Virus record (IMG/VR): IMGVR_UViG_3300017783_000001
Length of the DNA: 64,000 bases
Strand: one strand, 5' to 3'
From: a virus
How positions within the stretch are numbered: the first letter of the stretch is position 1; the number at the start of each line of letters is the position of its first letter. Shown here in pieces: positions 56,244 through 64,000 of this stretch. A model generated the notes under the pieces. That model was not told the origin of the DNA, made no database searches, and worked only from the letters and a program-made list of their open reading frames with translations. Both the position numbers and the translations under genes were made by a program.

Positions 56244-56536
56244 GAGAAGTTTCTGTTGCCAAGTACCTCTCAAACTCCGTTACCTATTAACTAGGCAGCA
56301 AGGGCAAAATTTGCTTCGCCATTTAAAATTGCGTTTGAGTTCGCCAACTATTAATCTCCAATGGGTCATCTGCGTCTGTCAATCCTAACACACCCCCCAT
56401 AAAAACACTAGCGATACTTACGCCACAGATATAACCAATACTTTAACATAGCAGTTCTCCTTCTACTAGTGTGTTTATGGTGGAGGTGTCGGGAGTTGCA
56501 CCCGAGTCCAGTCCGGTTCTTACACCACCATCAACA
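56244..56536 (-). ncRNA. ssrA: Circularly permuted two-piece tmRNA (alphaproteobacterial type)
   Basis: Acceptor piece ends ...TCGGG TGCAACT CCCGA CACCTCC A CCA (56478). After an ~80-nt intervening hairpin, the coding piece starts GGGGGTG (56397), giving a 7-bp acceptor stem with G3.U70. A pseudoknot precedes tag (A)GEANFALAA* at 56320-56291, followed by a 3' GGCAACAGAA hairpin. Outer ends are approximate. Confidence 0.9.
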
Positions 56537-56537
56537 A

Positions 56538-56732
56538 TTAATCCTTTTTAATCTTATCGCAAGTATTCTCGTCAGCATAAAGACCAGTCTCTTTGTCGTA
56601 TAACCAAACATATGAGTATGCAATGCTATTGCCTTTCTCTATACATTTCTTACCGAAAGAAACTCTTGGTTCCTTTATACTACAAGCACTTATTAAACTT
56701 GCAATAAAAATAATACTAATCAGTTTGTACAT
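56538..56732 (-). CDS. Small lipoprotein
   Basis: Lipobox-like ISAC after a hydrophobic stretch. Confidence 0.6.
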   Translation of the reverse strand: MYKLISIIFIASLISACSIKEPRVSFGKKCIEKGNSIAYSYVWLYDKETGLYADENTCDKIKKD

Positions 56733-57045
56733 TTACTTCCTTATAATTAAATATTCCGTACACTATGCACTTTTCTCCTTGTGCTGGTGTCTCAATAATG
56801 GCCATTAACTGACCATCTTCGTTTATCCAATGAGATATAGCATAAACTATATCACCATCTTTAGTGCCACCATTTCTTCCAAACCCAACACTATGTGGTT
56901 TCATTTTATTTGCGTCTAAAAACTCATTCATTTGAACGGCAGTAGTACACAACATAGGTGCTTGGCTGTTATAGAATATATTGTTATCGGCACTTACATA
57001 ATTACTTGTCATCAAAAACATAATAACGAGTAATAATTTTTTCAT
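56716..57045 (-). CDS. Exported hypothetical protein
   Basis: Start MKKLLLV with SD AAGGA; signal peptide; P.LC...C motif. Confidence 0.6.
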   Translation of the reverse strand: MKKLLLVIMFLMTSNYVSADNNIFYNSQAPMLCTTAVQMNEFLDANKMKPHSVGFGRNGGTKDGDIVYAISHWINEDGQLMAIIETPAQGEKCIVYGIFNYKEVNVQTD

Positions 57046-57079
57046 TGTTTCCTTTTGTTTTAGAAACAATTAATGTAAT

Positions 57080-57769
57080 TTATTTCGCTGTCTCTAACTT
57101 TTTGTTCTCGTAATATTTATAAAAGTTTTCAATTGATTCTTTCAATTGTGGTTTGTAATCTTCTGGTTTCTTAATCCACTCTTGCATAGAACCATCTTCT
57201 CCTGCGATTAATATGACGATTTGTTCTATCGGTGTACCGAATATCTCTTCATACATAATTGCATAGGCAGTTGTCTGTAAAAAGTAATTATCAATCCACT
57301 CTTCAATCTTTTCTTTGTTGGCAGTTTTGAAATCAATTACTGAAAGTTTGTCTCTATATTGAGCGATACAATCAACTTGACCTGCAAGTGTTAACTCTTT
57401 AGAGTACATAATCTCTTCAATCAAGTGTACATCACCAATGTTCTCTAGGTAGGGTCTCATTAACCTGAATAGACCAAGAGGTAGTACACCTCTTTCACTA
57501 GGTGTTTCACCTTTGATATAGTTCTCTACTAGATTGTGAGTTGCTTTACCACGATTTGCGGCTCTTCGCATTTCAAAGTTGGCGACATCTTCACCGATAC
57601 TTTCTCGCCACTTCTTTAGACCTTCTGTTTTTCTGATACCTAAAATAGAGGTTACAGAAGGATAATTCTGTCCGTCAACTTCGTAAAAACGAACACCGTT
57701 TTGTCTACGACCTTTTGTCTTTGGTAGTAGGTCTTTGTTCAAATCAACAAACTTAAATTCTTTAGCCAT
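57080..57769 (-). CDS. PD-(D/E)XK exonuclease
   Basis: YPSVTSIL...RG...H...E...AGQVDCIA...IDFKT...YFLQ..AYA.M. Confidence 0.88.
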   Translation of the reverse strand: MAKEFKFVDLNKDLLPKTKGRRQNGVRFYEVDGQNYPSVTSILGIRKTEGLKKWRESIGEDVANFEMRRAANRGKATHNLVENYIKGETPSERGVLPLGLFRLMRPYLENIGDVHLIEEIMYSKELTLAGQVDCIAQYRDKLSVIDFKTANKEKIEEWIDNYFLQTTAYAIMYEEIFGTPIEQIVILIAGEDGSMQEWIKKPEDYKPQLKESIENFYKYYENKKLETAK

Positions 57770-57802
57770 TATATTAATCCTTATCTTATTTAATTATCAC
57801 TT

Positions 57803-57831
57803 ATTATATCATCACACGATACATTTGTCAA
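57803..57831 (-). promoter_or_regulatory. sigma70-type promoter
   Basis: TTGACA-17-TATAAT, exact. Confidence 0.82.
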
Positions 57832-57892
57832 GCACCTAACCTTTTTTAGCGTACATATTAATTATATCGTCTTTAGAAAACTCACCAAGCGC

Positions 57893-58363
57893 TCAAGCAG
57901 GTTTGTATTCTTCGTATTGTGTCTTACCTTGGTCGTTTCTAAATGCTCTTAAAGTCTGTTTTCTATTGTCTGTAGTAGACTTATATGAGCAATGAATCCA
58001 ACCGCTGTTAGGTTCGTCTGTCTTATGGTACTCCAATATCAATTGGTCAAAATCTAAATTTTCAGATATCCATTTTGCTAGTTCAGCATTCGGTACCCCA
58101 AAAATTTCAAAATCGGCCGCTTGACCTTTGGCGTGCTGTGAGTTAACACTACTTCCAATAGATACACATAATTCCTCACTTCGGAATCCACTTGATACCG
58201 TTACCGGTGTAGCGTAATGGTCTCTTACTGGTTGTAAGATGTTTTCACATAACTTTTGCATAGCAGTAATTTGGTCGTCATTAGGATTGTTATTAATACC
58301 TTTCCGTTCCGCTGTTTGCGAAGCAGTTAGTTCCTTCAGACTAAAATTCTTACTTAATTTCAT
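57893..58363 (-). CDS. Peptidase M15A-type endolysin
   Basis: LSKNFSL.E...LQPVR...SSGFRS...SQHAKGQAAD...WIHCS zinc-peptidase motifs. Confidence 0.88.
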   Translation of the reverse strand: MKLSKNFSLKELTASQTAERKGINNNPNDDQITAMQKLCENILQPVRDHYATPVTVSSGFRSEELCVSIGSSVNSQHAKGQAADFEIFGVPNAELAKWISENLDFDQLILEYHKTDEPNSGWIHCSYKSTTDNRKQTLRAFRNDQGKTQYEEYKPA

Positions 58364-58505
58364 TTAATTTTTCCTTTGCCTTTAATTTAAGTTTCTTACC
58401 TTCTTTGAGTTGTTTCCAAGTCTCAAAACTTCTATCATTATTTCTTACTTGTTCTAATACATTCACTTCCTTTTTCAGTTCTTTGTGTGCCATTTTACTG
58501 GACAT
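58350..58505 (-). CDS. 51-aa coiled-coil protein
   Basis: Below the track cut-off. MSSKMAHKELKKEV...KKLKLKAKEKLNEIK fills the gap. Confidence 0.5.
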   Translation of the reverse strand: MSSKMAHKELKKEVNVLEQVRNNDRSFETWKQLKEGKKLKLKAKEKLNEIK

Positions 58506-58508
58506 AAA

Positions 58509-58904
58509 TTACCCCCTTGTTAGTTTTAGTATCTTCTCAATCTGTGCCTTAATAATTGGTCCTCTATTTGGCCAATGAATATAAGGTTCCTCCGTTTTAG
58601 ATAAGTTGTATAGAAAAGGTAAAACGATTTTCTCTAAATCTTTAAATCTCTTCGCAACATCTTCATCTGTTAGTTCTTTTGTTATAGTATCTTTTTCAGC
58701 AACTATCTGCATAATTTCATTCATCGCTGACTTTATAGATGATACATCATTTTTAATATTAGATAGTTCAGCAGATTGACTATCTATTTTCTTTGGGTCA
58801 ATGCCTGGTTCAGATTTAGGTACTTCTGCAACAGCAGGTCCTACACCCCAACTCTCGTCATTTAAATCAAACCCTCGCATATAATCTGGTATGTCTTTAG
58901 TCAT
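58509..58904 (-). CDS. Hypothetical protein
   Basis: Start MTKDIPDY with SD AGGAGG; LPFLYNL.K....YIHWPNR. Confidence 0.65.
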   Translation of the reverse strand: MTKDIPDYMRGFDLNDESWGVGPAVAEVPKSEPGIDPKKIDSQSAELSNIKNDVSSIKSAMNEIMQIVAEKDTITKELTDEDVAKRFKDLEKIVLPFLYNLSKTEEPYIHWPNRGPIIKAQIEKILKLTRG

Positions 58905-59127
58905 CAAGGTCCTCCTTTTTACTCTCTTCAAGTTTTATTAAAGCGTGTTCTCTAATGTTCTTGTCTGTTGTCGCCATAACACCCAAGTCAAAAGCACTAT
59001 ACGCCATACTTGCACTATTCTTACTTGCAACTGCACTAGTCATACCACCTACCGTAAACAAACTTGATAGGTTTGCACTACAACCAGTAGTAAGGACGAA
59101 TAGCAATATTAGTAATAACTTGTTCAT
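58897..59127 (-). CDS. Small lipoprotein
   Basis: Lipobox-like TTGC. Confidence 0.6.
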   Translation of the reverse strand: MNKLLLILLFVLTTGCSANLSSLFTVGGMTSAVASKNSASMAYSAFDLGVMATTDKNIREHALIKLEESKKEDLDD

Positions 59128-59436
59128 TTAATCTTTCGGTAATATTTTATGTTTTTGTAATACTTGTCTCGTCTTTATTTCTTTGATAGACCTTTTGCCG
59201 TGTTCGGCTGAGAAGTTGGTACCAGGATTTCTTTCTGCAATCTTTGATTGAAGTTCTTTCCATCCACTATCGTTTTTAAGTCTACTACTATATCCTGTTC
59301 CACTAATGATATTTATAGAAGTGACCATCTGCTGAATATGTTTATTCTTCTTTAGGTACTTCTCTTTTTCAGAAATACCCATTAATTCAGTAAATTCTTC
59401 ACCTGTTTTTGTGTTTTTAAACGAATATGTTGGCAT
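59128..59436 (-). CDS. FmdB-like small protein
   Basis: MPTY.F....TGE.F...M...E...YL..N..I.Q...GW.E...KI; lacks the zinc-ribbon Cys residues. Confidence 0.6.
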   Translation of the reverse strand: MPTYSFKNTKTGEEFTELMGISEKEKYLKKNKHIQQMVTSINIISGTGYSSRLKNDSGWKELQSKIAERNPGTNFSAEHGKRSIKEIKTRQVLQKHKILPKD

Positions 59437-59442
59437 TATGTT

Positions 59443-59829
59443 CTACTTCAATGTCAAGTGAAATTGTACTTGTGATACTGCTTCTGCCATATCTTCAAGT
59501 ATAGAAAGTAAATCTTCGTACTGGTTTAATTCATTCTTTTGCGATAAGTCATAAGACGCTTTCGCTAAATCTTGTCCGTATTGTACGATTTCAGATACCG
59601 TATGGTCACACGATTGATAATTTTGTAATGTGTGTTGACCGCTTTCAATGTGTATTCTTGTATTTGCATTACCTTGGTATGTTTCTACAAGTCTATCGTT
59701 TAGAGTATTTAATTTTGTATAGTATTCACCAAGTCCTTCGTGTTCACTATAACTTTTTGTTTGCCAATGGCTCAATTGTATATTATTTAAATGTACAATT
59801 GTTTTTCCTACTAATGTTTCTATCATCAT
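59443..59829 (-). CDS. Ferritin/Dps-like four-helix protein
   Basis: HWQT.SY.EH..LG.YY..L..L.D.LVETYQG...E.......HLTLK. Confidence 0.65.
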   Translation of the reverse strand: MMIETLVGKTIVHLNNIQLSHWQTKSYSEHEGLGEYYTKLNTLNDRLVETYQGNANTRIHIESGQHTLQNYQSCDHTVSEIVQYGQDLAKASYDLSQKNELNQYEDLLSILEDMAEAVSQVQFHLTLK

Positions 59830-59843
59830 AATTGTTCCTTATT

Positions 59844-60005
59844 CTATTTTTTATTTATAATATCTTTATGATATTGTGTTAAAGCGTTATCTTCATCTGT
59901 TGCTTTCTTTGGTTTGTATGTCGCAACAAGAAAGGCTATAAAGAAACCTACAATCGTAACCGTCATACCGATTACAAAAAAGAGTAAACCATACTCAACT
60001 TGCAT
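59844..60005 (-). CDS. Small membrane protein
   Basis: Start MQVEYGLLFF with SD GGAG; one TM. Confidence 0.55.
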   Translation of the reverse strand: MQVEYGLLFFVIGMTVTIVGFFIAFLVATYKPKKATDEDNALTQYHKDIINKK

Positions 60006-60585
60006 TAGCAACTCCTTCTGTAAACCATTCAGGTGCTTTACCAGGATGTGACCATCTAGCAAAGTCTACTTTTTTCATAATATAATATTTACGGTAACTT
60101 GCAACTACATCAATAACACCTTCATTGAAGACTTTACATTCTTCAGGCATAGCAGGTGTTGGTAGTGTTGCAATTTTGTTTAGTGTTGCATTAAGAGGTG
60201 GTTCTTTTAGAATATCACCTAGCAACTGAAAAGACTTATGACCTAATGGTTTGTTTTTAGGAAATCTTTCCATAAATTCTTCGTTCAATGCTTTGAAGTG
60301 TCTGTACAACCAAGTATAATTGTAAGCAGATTCCATTACCCATTTAGTACTAGGGTGACCTAACCAACCTGCCTTGTAGATAATTGCCTCTTCGTTAGAA
60401 TTAGGTAGTCGCCATCTTTTGATGTCTCTACCGTTCTTTGTTTTTGCAATATACAATTCACCGTCTGCAACTCTTTTTGCTGTACATAGCATTTGAGCGC
60501 TTTCTAGTATCATCTTTACAATATGTTTATCACAACTCATCTTGGCTGCAATTACAGGGTCTTTATCTAATACAAATATATTCAC
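59995..60585 (-). CDS. Pyrimidine-dimer DNA glycosylase (DenV-family-like)
   Basis: MNIF.LD.DP..AA...CDKH.VKM.LE.AQML...HP...W...AMP...YR.YY. Confidence 0.75.
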   Translation of the reverse strand: MNIFVLDKDPVIAAKMSCDKHIVKMILESAQMLCTAKRVADGELYIAKTKNGRDIKRWRLPNSNEEAIIYKAGWLGHPSTKWVMESAYNYTWLYRHFKALNEEFMERFPKNKPLGHKSFQLLGDILKEPPLNATLNKIATLPTPAMPEECKVFNEGVIDVVASYRKYYIMKKVDFARWSHPGKAPEWFTEGVANAS

Positions 60586-60725
60586 TAGTTAACCTTTCCG
60601 AATTTAATACACAATTGTTTCCAGACGCCAGTCCAGAACATAGTTGCCCATTTATTGGTAGCATTGTTCATCATTTTAGCTGCATTTGCGACAAGTTCTT
60701 CTTGTCTCTTTTTTGTGTAAATCAT
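60585..60725 (-). CDS. 46-aa hypothetical protein, probably leaderless
   Basis: MIYTKKRQEELVANAAKMMNNATNKWATMFWTGVWKQLCIKFGKVN; its stop overlaps the next start. Confidence 0.55.
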   Translation of the reverse strand: MIYTKKRQEELVANAAKMMNNATNKWATMFWTGVWKQLCIKFGKVN

Positions 60726-60731
60726 AGTCAT

Positions 60732-60760
60732 ATTATATCACTCCTAGTTATCTTTGTCAA
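60732..60760 (-). promoter_or_regulatory. sigma70-type promoter (extended -10)
   Basis: TTGACA-17-TATAAT, exact. Confidence 0.82.
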
Positions 60761-61811
60761 GCATTGATTTCACTAATGTTTTGTCGTTTTTTGAAGGCAT
60801 TTCCTTTACTTCGGTAGCATTCCAGTCTAATACTTGGTCCATTTTAATACGAATCTCATCAGGATCCAGACCCATTTCTCTTAATTCTTTATGACCTAGT
60901 ATCTTAAAAAACTTCTCATAGTCTTCATTTGATAATTGTTTACCTGCTAACTTCGTAAAGAAGTCTTTATAGTTGTCAATCTGTTTCTTTGCTTCTTTAT
61001 GTTTAGCATTCTCTTTTGCAAGTTTCAAATCAAGTTGTCTCAATGATATGTCTTTTTTCTTCTTTCTACCTGAAGACCATTGTGCTAGAGATATGTTGGC
61101 TGCAATCAATAGTAATACTGCAAGAGGGTCAAATACAAATATCAATACAATGATTACCCACCTTACGGCTTCATCAAAGTGGTCTTTTGCATTGTCTCCA
61201 TATATCAGTTCAGCAATATATTTTAGAGGACCTACTTCTGCTTCTATTTTTGATTGTTCTAATTCAAATGTATTCTTCTCTAACATATATTTGTCTATGT
61301 TAGTCATCGCTGTATCTATTGTAAGTTTAAGTTCGTTTCTTTCTTCTTCTTGTTTTCTTCGTTCTCTTAAACCTCTTGTCGCATAGTCATTCTTTAGATA
61401 TACTTCAATAGATTTATCTAACTGCAATAAGGTATTTTCTGCTCGTTCTATTATTCGTTCTTCTTGTAGTATTCGTTTATCAATCAATTCAACTTTCGCT
61501 GTATTAGATGAAGTAGGTACAACCTGGTCTAGGTGTGCCTTTGATAGATAACCGAATATACCCATAGAGGTAACAAACACTAACACAACTACAGAAGTTG
61601 TCAAGTAGTATTTAATTGTTATAGGTAAGTCTTTGTTCTTCCAGTTTTGATATAACCAAGAGGCGGTAACAAGTTTACCTACCTCTAACACACCACCCAT
61701 AATCATAATAGGTATCTTTGCACCACTAAAAATGGCTGCAAGTCCTAATATACTATACAAAGCAGCTACGCTTGATATACTAATCGCTGATAAAAATGCT
61801 AATATACCCAT
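60744..61811 (-). CDS. Membrane protein with coiled coil
   Basis: YSI.GL..IF.GA...LEV.KLV.ASWL...TSMGI.G.LSKAH...EVGP.KY.A...FDPLAV.LL.A. Confidence 0.75.
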   Translation of the reverse strand: MGILAFLSAISISSVAALYSILGLAAIFSGAKIPIMIMGGVLEVGKLVTASWLYQNWKNKDLPITIKYYLTTSVVVLVFVTSMGIFGYLSKAHLDQVVPTSSNTAKVELIDKRILQEERIIERAENTLLQLDKSIEVYLKNDYATRGLRERRKQEEERNELKLTIDTAMTNIDKYMLEKNTFELEQSKIEAEVGPLKYIAELIYGDNAKDHFDEAVRWVIIVLIFVFDPLAVLLLIAANISLAQWSSGRKKKKDISLRQLDLKLAKENAKHKEAKKQIDNYKDFFTKLAGKQLSNEDYEKFFKILGHKELREMGLDPDEIRIKMDQVLDWNATEVKEMPSKNDKTLVKSMLDKDN

Positions 61812-61812
61812 A

Positions 61813-62124
61813 TTACTTTCTCTTTACTATATATTCAAAGCCTTCTACATACTCTAACTTCTTTTGAAAGAATTGTAGGTCACTTCTGTTTAATGCTACT
61901 TGCATTTTCTTAAATATTTTATTTGATTGCCTACCAGGAAAACAACGCATTACATCTGCTGCCCAGAAACCTGTGAAGTAGACTTTTGCTTTACCTTTCT
62001 GCAATGTATCAAAAATTTTAAATGCTTTCTCAATCATATCTTTCAGATACGGATCCATATACGGTCTGTTATCTTCTTTGATATTATTATAACTTTCGTC
62101 TTCCCAATTGTTTGGTCGTGCCAT
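61813..62124 (-). CDS. Hypothetical protein
   Basis: 103 aa, coupled to its neighbours. Confidence 0.6.
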   Translation of the reverse strand: MARPNNWEDESYNNIKEDNRPYMDPYLKDMIEKAFKIFDTLQKGKAKVYFTGFWAADVMRCFPGRQSNKIFKKMQVALNRSDLQFFQKKLEYVEGFEYIVKRK

Positions 62125-62813
62125 TATTTACTCTCCTCTAATTTTCTCACTTTTTTAATAATACTGATTACACGAGCTGCATAATCAGGCGTTGTGCTAA
62201 ATTTATCCAATGTCTTAATTAACTCTATTGGATCCATTTCGCCGTCTTCTGCAAGTTGTTTTAGTCTCAACTTACGGAATTTCTCATAGGCTGGGTGTTC
62301 ATTCATCAACCTAACATATTCTTTTACACTTTCACACTTCGTAGCAAATATTCTTACACCCCAACCTTTCCACTTTGGCATACCTAATGGTAACATATGT
62401 GGATAGTCTTTGTTGAATACTCTAATACCAAATAGATTATTACCATCAACTGCAAATCTACTTGTACCCCAACCACTCTCTAAAGCAGCCTGTGCTGTTA
62501 TCATTTCGTATGGTACTCTAAACACATCTGGTTGTGAGAAGTTTAAGAAGTCAATACATTTATGAGTTGCCCTAACAAATTGTATATCATTTTTGTATGT
62601 AAATTCTGGTTCTCTTAAATCTAACTCTTTTAGTCGTTCTAGGTATTTTGTTTCGTATTCTTTTGCTAATTTGTTTGTAGAGTGTGTATTAGGATTAAAT
62701 GTACCTATTACATATGTTATTAAGAATAACATTGATACACCTAATACTCTTTTAATCCATAATTTAGTTATACGGATTTTCTCTTTGTAGTCTATTTTCA
62801 CTTTTCTCACCAT
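62124..62813 (-). CDS. GH73 glucosaminidase-family protein (Bax-like) with an N-terminal TM
   Basis: AQAALESGWGTSRFA..GNNLFGI...FSTTPDY. Confidence 0.85.
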   Translation of the reverse strand: MVRKVKIDYKEKIRITKLWIKRVLGVSMLFLITYVIGTFNPNTHSTNKLAKEYETKYLERLKELDLREPEFTYKNDIQFVRATHKCIDFLNFSQPDVFRVPYEMITAQAALESGWGTSRFAVDGNNLFGIRVFNKDYPHMLPLGMPKWKGWGVRIFATKCESVKEYVRLMNEHPAYEKFRKLRLKQLAEDGEMDPIELIKTLDKFSTTPDYAARVISIIKKVRKLEESK

Positions 62814-62827
62814 AATGTTATATTAGT

Positions 62828-63253
62828 TTAAATCATATCTATGCCTGCTCTACTCATTGGTTTCTTAAATGAATAGAATAGAGCATTATGATTACCACTA
62901 TCTCCTGCGTTTCTCATTTGATACAAATGGACCATTTCGTGTGCCAATGTACTAATGAATTCTTTTTTATTCTTATACTTGTCTGCCATTTCTAAATGAA
63001 ACGATTGTGTACCTTTTCTTTTCCACTCCCATTGTGTAACCTGACCAAAACATTTTATCGGTCTCAAATCTCGTATCGTTATCTCATTAAACGGTGCAAG
63101 TTTGGCGTCAAAGACTGCCTCATTTATCCATTGAAAGACTTTCTTAATGTCTTTATAGGTAGTCTTGTATTGTCTAGTATGCTCATATTCTGCCTTTACT
63201 CTCTTCTTTAAAGTTGCATACCTAACTGATTTAGGTTTAGTTTCTTTCGGCAC
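62828..63253 (-). CDS. SprT-like zinc metalloprotease
   Basis: F..IN..VF...L...TLAHEMVH.YQ......H...F. Confidence 0.8.
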   Translation of the reverse strand: MPKETKPKSVRYATLKKRVKAEYEHTRQYKTTYKDIKKVFQWINEAVFDAKLAPFNEITIRDLRPIKCFGQVTQWEWKRKGTQSFHLEMADKYKNKKEFISTLAHEMVHLYQMRNAGDSGNHNALFYSFKKPMSRAGIDMI

Positions 63254-63268
63254 TGGTGTTTGTTCTCC

Positions 63269-63430
63269 CTATCTTTTGATTTTTTCGTCTCTTTGTCTTT
63301 TTCTATCACTATACTCCATAATCAAAAATGATGTTATACCACCAAGTATAATCACCCATAGTTCAATCGGCGCCAAGGTCTTCATAAGAGAAACCAAGTC
63401 AGCCATTGAGTAAATTAAGTTTTCTAACAT
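63269..63430 (-). CDS. 53-aa membrane protein
   Basis: MLENLIYSMADLVSLMKTLAPIELWVIILGGITSFLIMEYSDRKRQRDEKIKR; SD AAGGAG. Confidence 0.5.
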   Translation of the reverse strand: MLENLIYSMADLVSLMKTLAPIELWVIILGGITSFLIMEYSDRKRQRDEKIKR

Positions 63431-63431
63431 A

Positions 63432-63755
63432 CTACTCCTTTGTTTGACTTTCTTTGTACACTTTATCTATACCGTTAACTCTAATATCAGAAGCAATGCT
63501 CTCTAATATATTTGGTAAATGCTTCTGTAATACAAAAGTCATTTCTATTGCCATTGAGTGTGTTAATCTTTCAAGTTCAGACTTCAACACAGCACTATGG
63601 TCAATGTTACCGTTAACCGTTTCTTTTATGATGTGGGCACTAGTCGCCACAACATAGTCATCTGCCTTTGCTTTCTGCATAGTTAAGTGTAATGCTACAC
63701 CAGACAAATACAAAAATGCAAGTACATATACTATCGTTTTTATCAAGCTTTTCAT
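63432..63755 (-). CDS. Hypothetical membrane-anchored protein
   Basis: N-terminal TM; SD AAAGG. Confidence 0.6.
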   Translation of the reverse strand: MKSLIKTIVYVLAFLYLSGVALHLTMQKAKADDYVVATSAHIIKETVNGNIDHSAVLKSELERLTHSMAIEMTFVLQKHLPNILESIASDIRVNGIDKVYKESQTKE

Positions 63756-63786
63756 TATATACCTTTCTCAATCATTAATATTATTT

Positions 63787-63815
63787 ATTCTATCACTTCC
63801 TAGGTACATTGTCAA
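63787..63815 (-). promoter_or_regulatory. sigma70-type promoter
   Basis: TTGACA-17-TAGAAT with an extended TGn. Confidence 0.75.
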
Positions 63816-63845
63816 GCAAAAAATGAGCTTATTTTGGGGAAATAT

Positions 63846-63871
63846 GGGTATTTTTAGTATGGAAAATACCC
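63846..63871 (-). terminator. Stem-loop, possible terminator
   Basis: GGGTATTTT/AAAATACCC inverted repeat after the last gene. Confidence 0.45.
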
Positions 63872-63887
63872 TAAAACCGTTGTATTG

Positions 63888-64000
63888 TTATGCTTCTAGC
63901 TTAACAAAATCGTCATTCCACCCAAACGCTTCTTTTACAAGATTAGCCGTTAGACCTTTGTACATATTATTTAACTTCTTCTCTTTTACAGCAATAAGCA
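63888..64000 (-). CDS. C-terminus of a hypothetical protein (partial)
   Basis: ...LIAVKEKKLNNMYKGLTANLVKEAFGWNDDFVKLEA*. Confidence 0.6.
   Translation of the reverse strand, partial: LIAVKEKKLNNMYKGLTANLVKEAFGWNDDFVKLEA

Noticed and set aside
56478-56510. tRNA-like T-arm and CCA end suggesting a tRNA-Ala gene
   Set aside because: There is no anticodon arm, and its pairing partner lies downstream together with a tag ORF; it is the tmRNA acceptor piece.
57080-57769. Cas4-like nuclease implying a CRISPR system
   Set aside because: It lacks the Cas4 Fe-S cysteines; no repeat-spacer array or other cas gene was seen.
1798-63657. Many plus-strand ORFs in the track (e.g. 7496-7837, 8165-8653, 21140-21670, 39710-40384, 60973-61386)
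   Set aside because: They are antisense shadows of well-supported minus-strand genes, with no SD or promoter and mirror-image composition.

Overview
This is a 64 kb segment of an AT-rich T4-like myovirus genome, most likely a marine phage of an alphaproteobacterial (SAR11-like) host. The host inference rests on a permuted alpha-type tmRNA and alpha-type LexA boxes. Almost all genes are on the minus strand. Left to right the window holds: tail-fibre/virion genes (1-10 kb); a ~10 kb tailoring-enzyme cluster inside the late structural operon; the baseplate wedge module (VrlC-like, gp8, gp9/10-like, gp7, gp6, gp25, PAAR); a small plus-strand early island; Fe-S assembly genes (nfuA-like, iscA, iscU); hub/tail genes (gp5, gp27-like, gp53, gp48, gp4, tape measure, gp51, gp26, gp54-like, gp2); replication/transcription genes (gp32, gp59, gp33); a two-piece tmRNA; and nuclease, muralytic and repair genes. 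The headline observation is the 10-20.5 kb cluster. It has four radical SAM/SPASM enzymes, a JmjC-type and two 2OG-Fe(II) oxygenases, and a Maf-like transferase, arranged around a virion-like protein ending in CHSSCHSSCHGSRGRR. This looks like a RiPP-style pathway that post-translationally modifies a phage structural protein. Other notable signals are a predicted -1 frameshift fusing gp26 to gp51, a glutamine (glnA-type) riboswitch, a 13-codon ORF inside the tmRNA intervening segment, three LexA-like boxes, leaderless genes and apparent restriction-site avoidance. All family assignments come from motif recognition by eye; no database searches were run.
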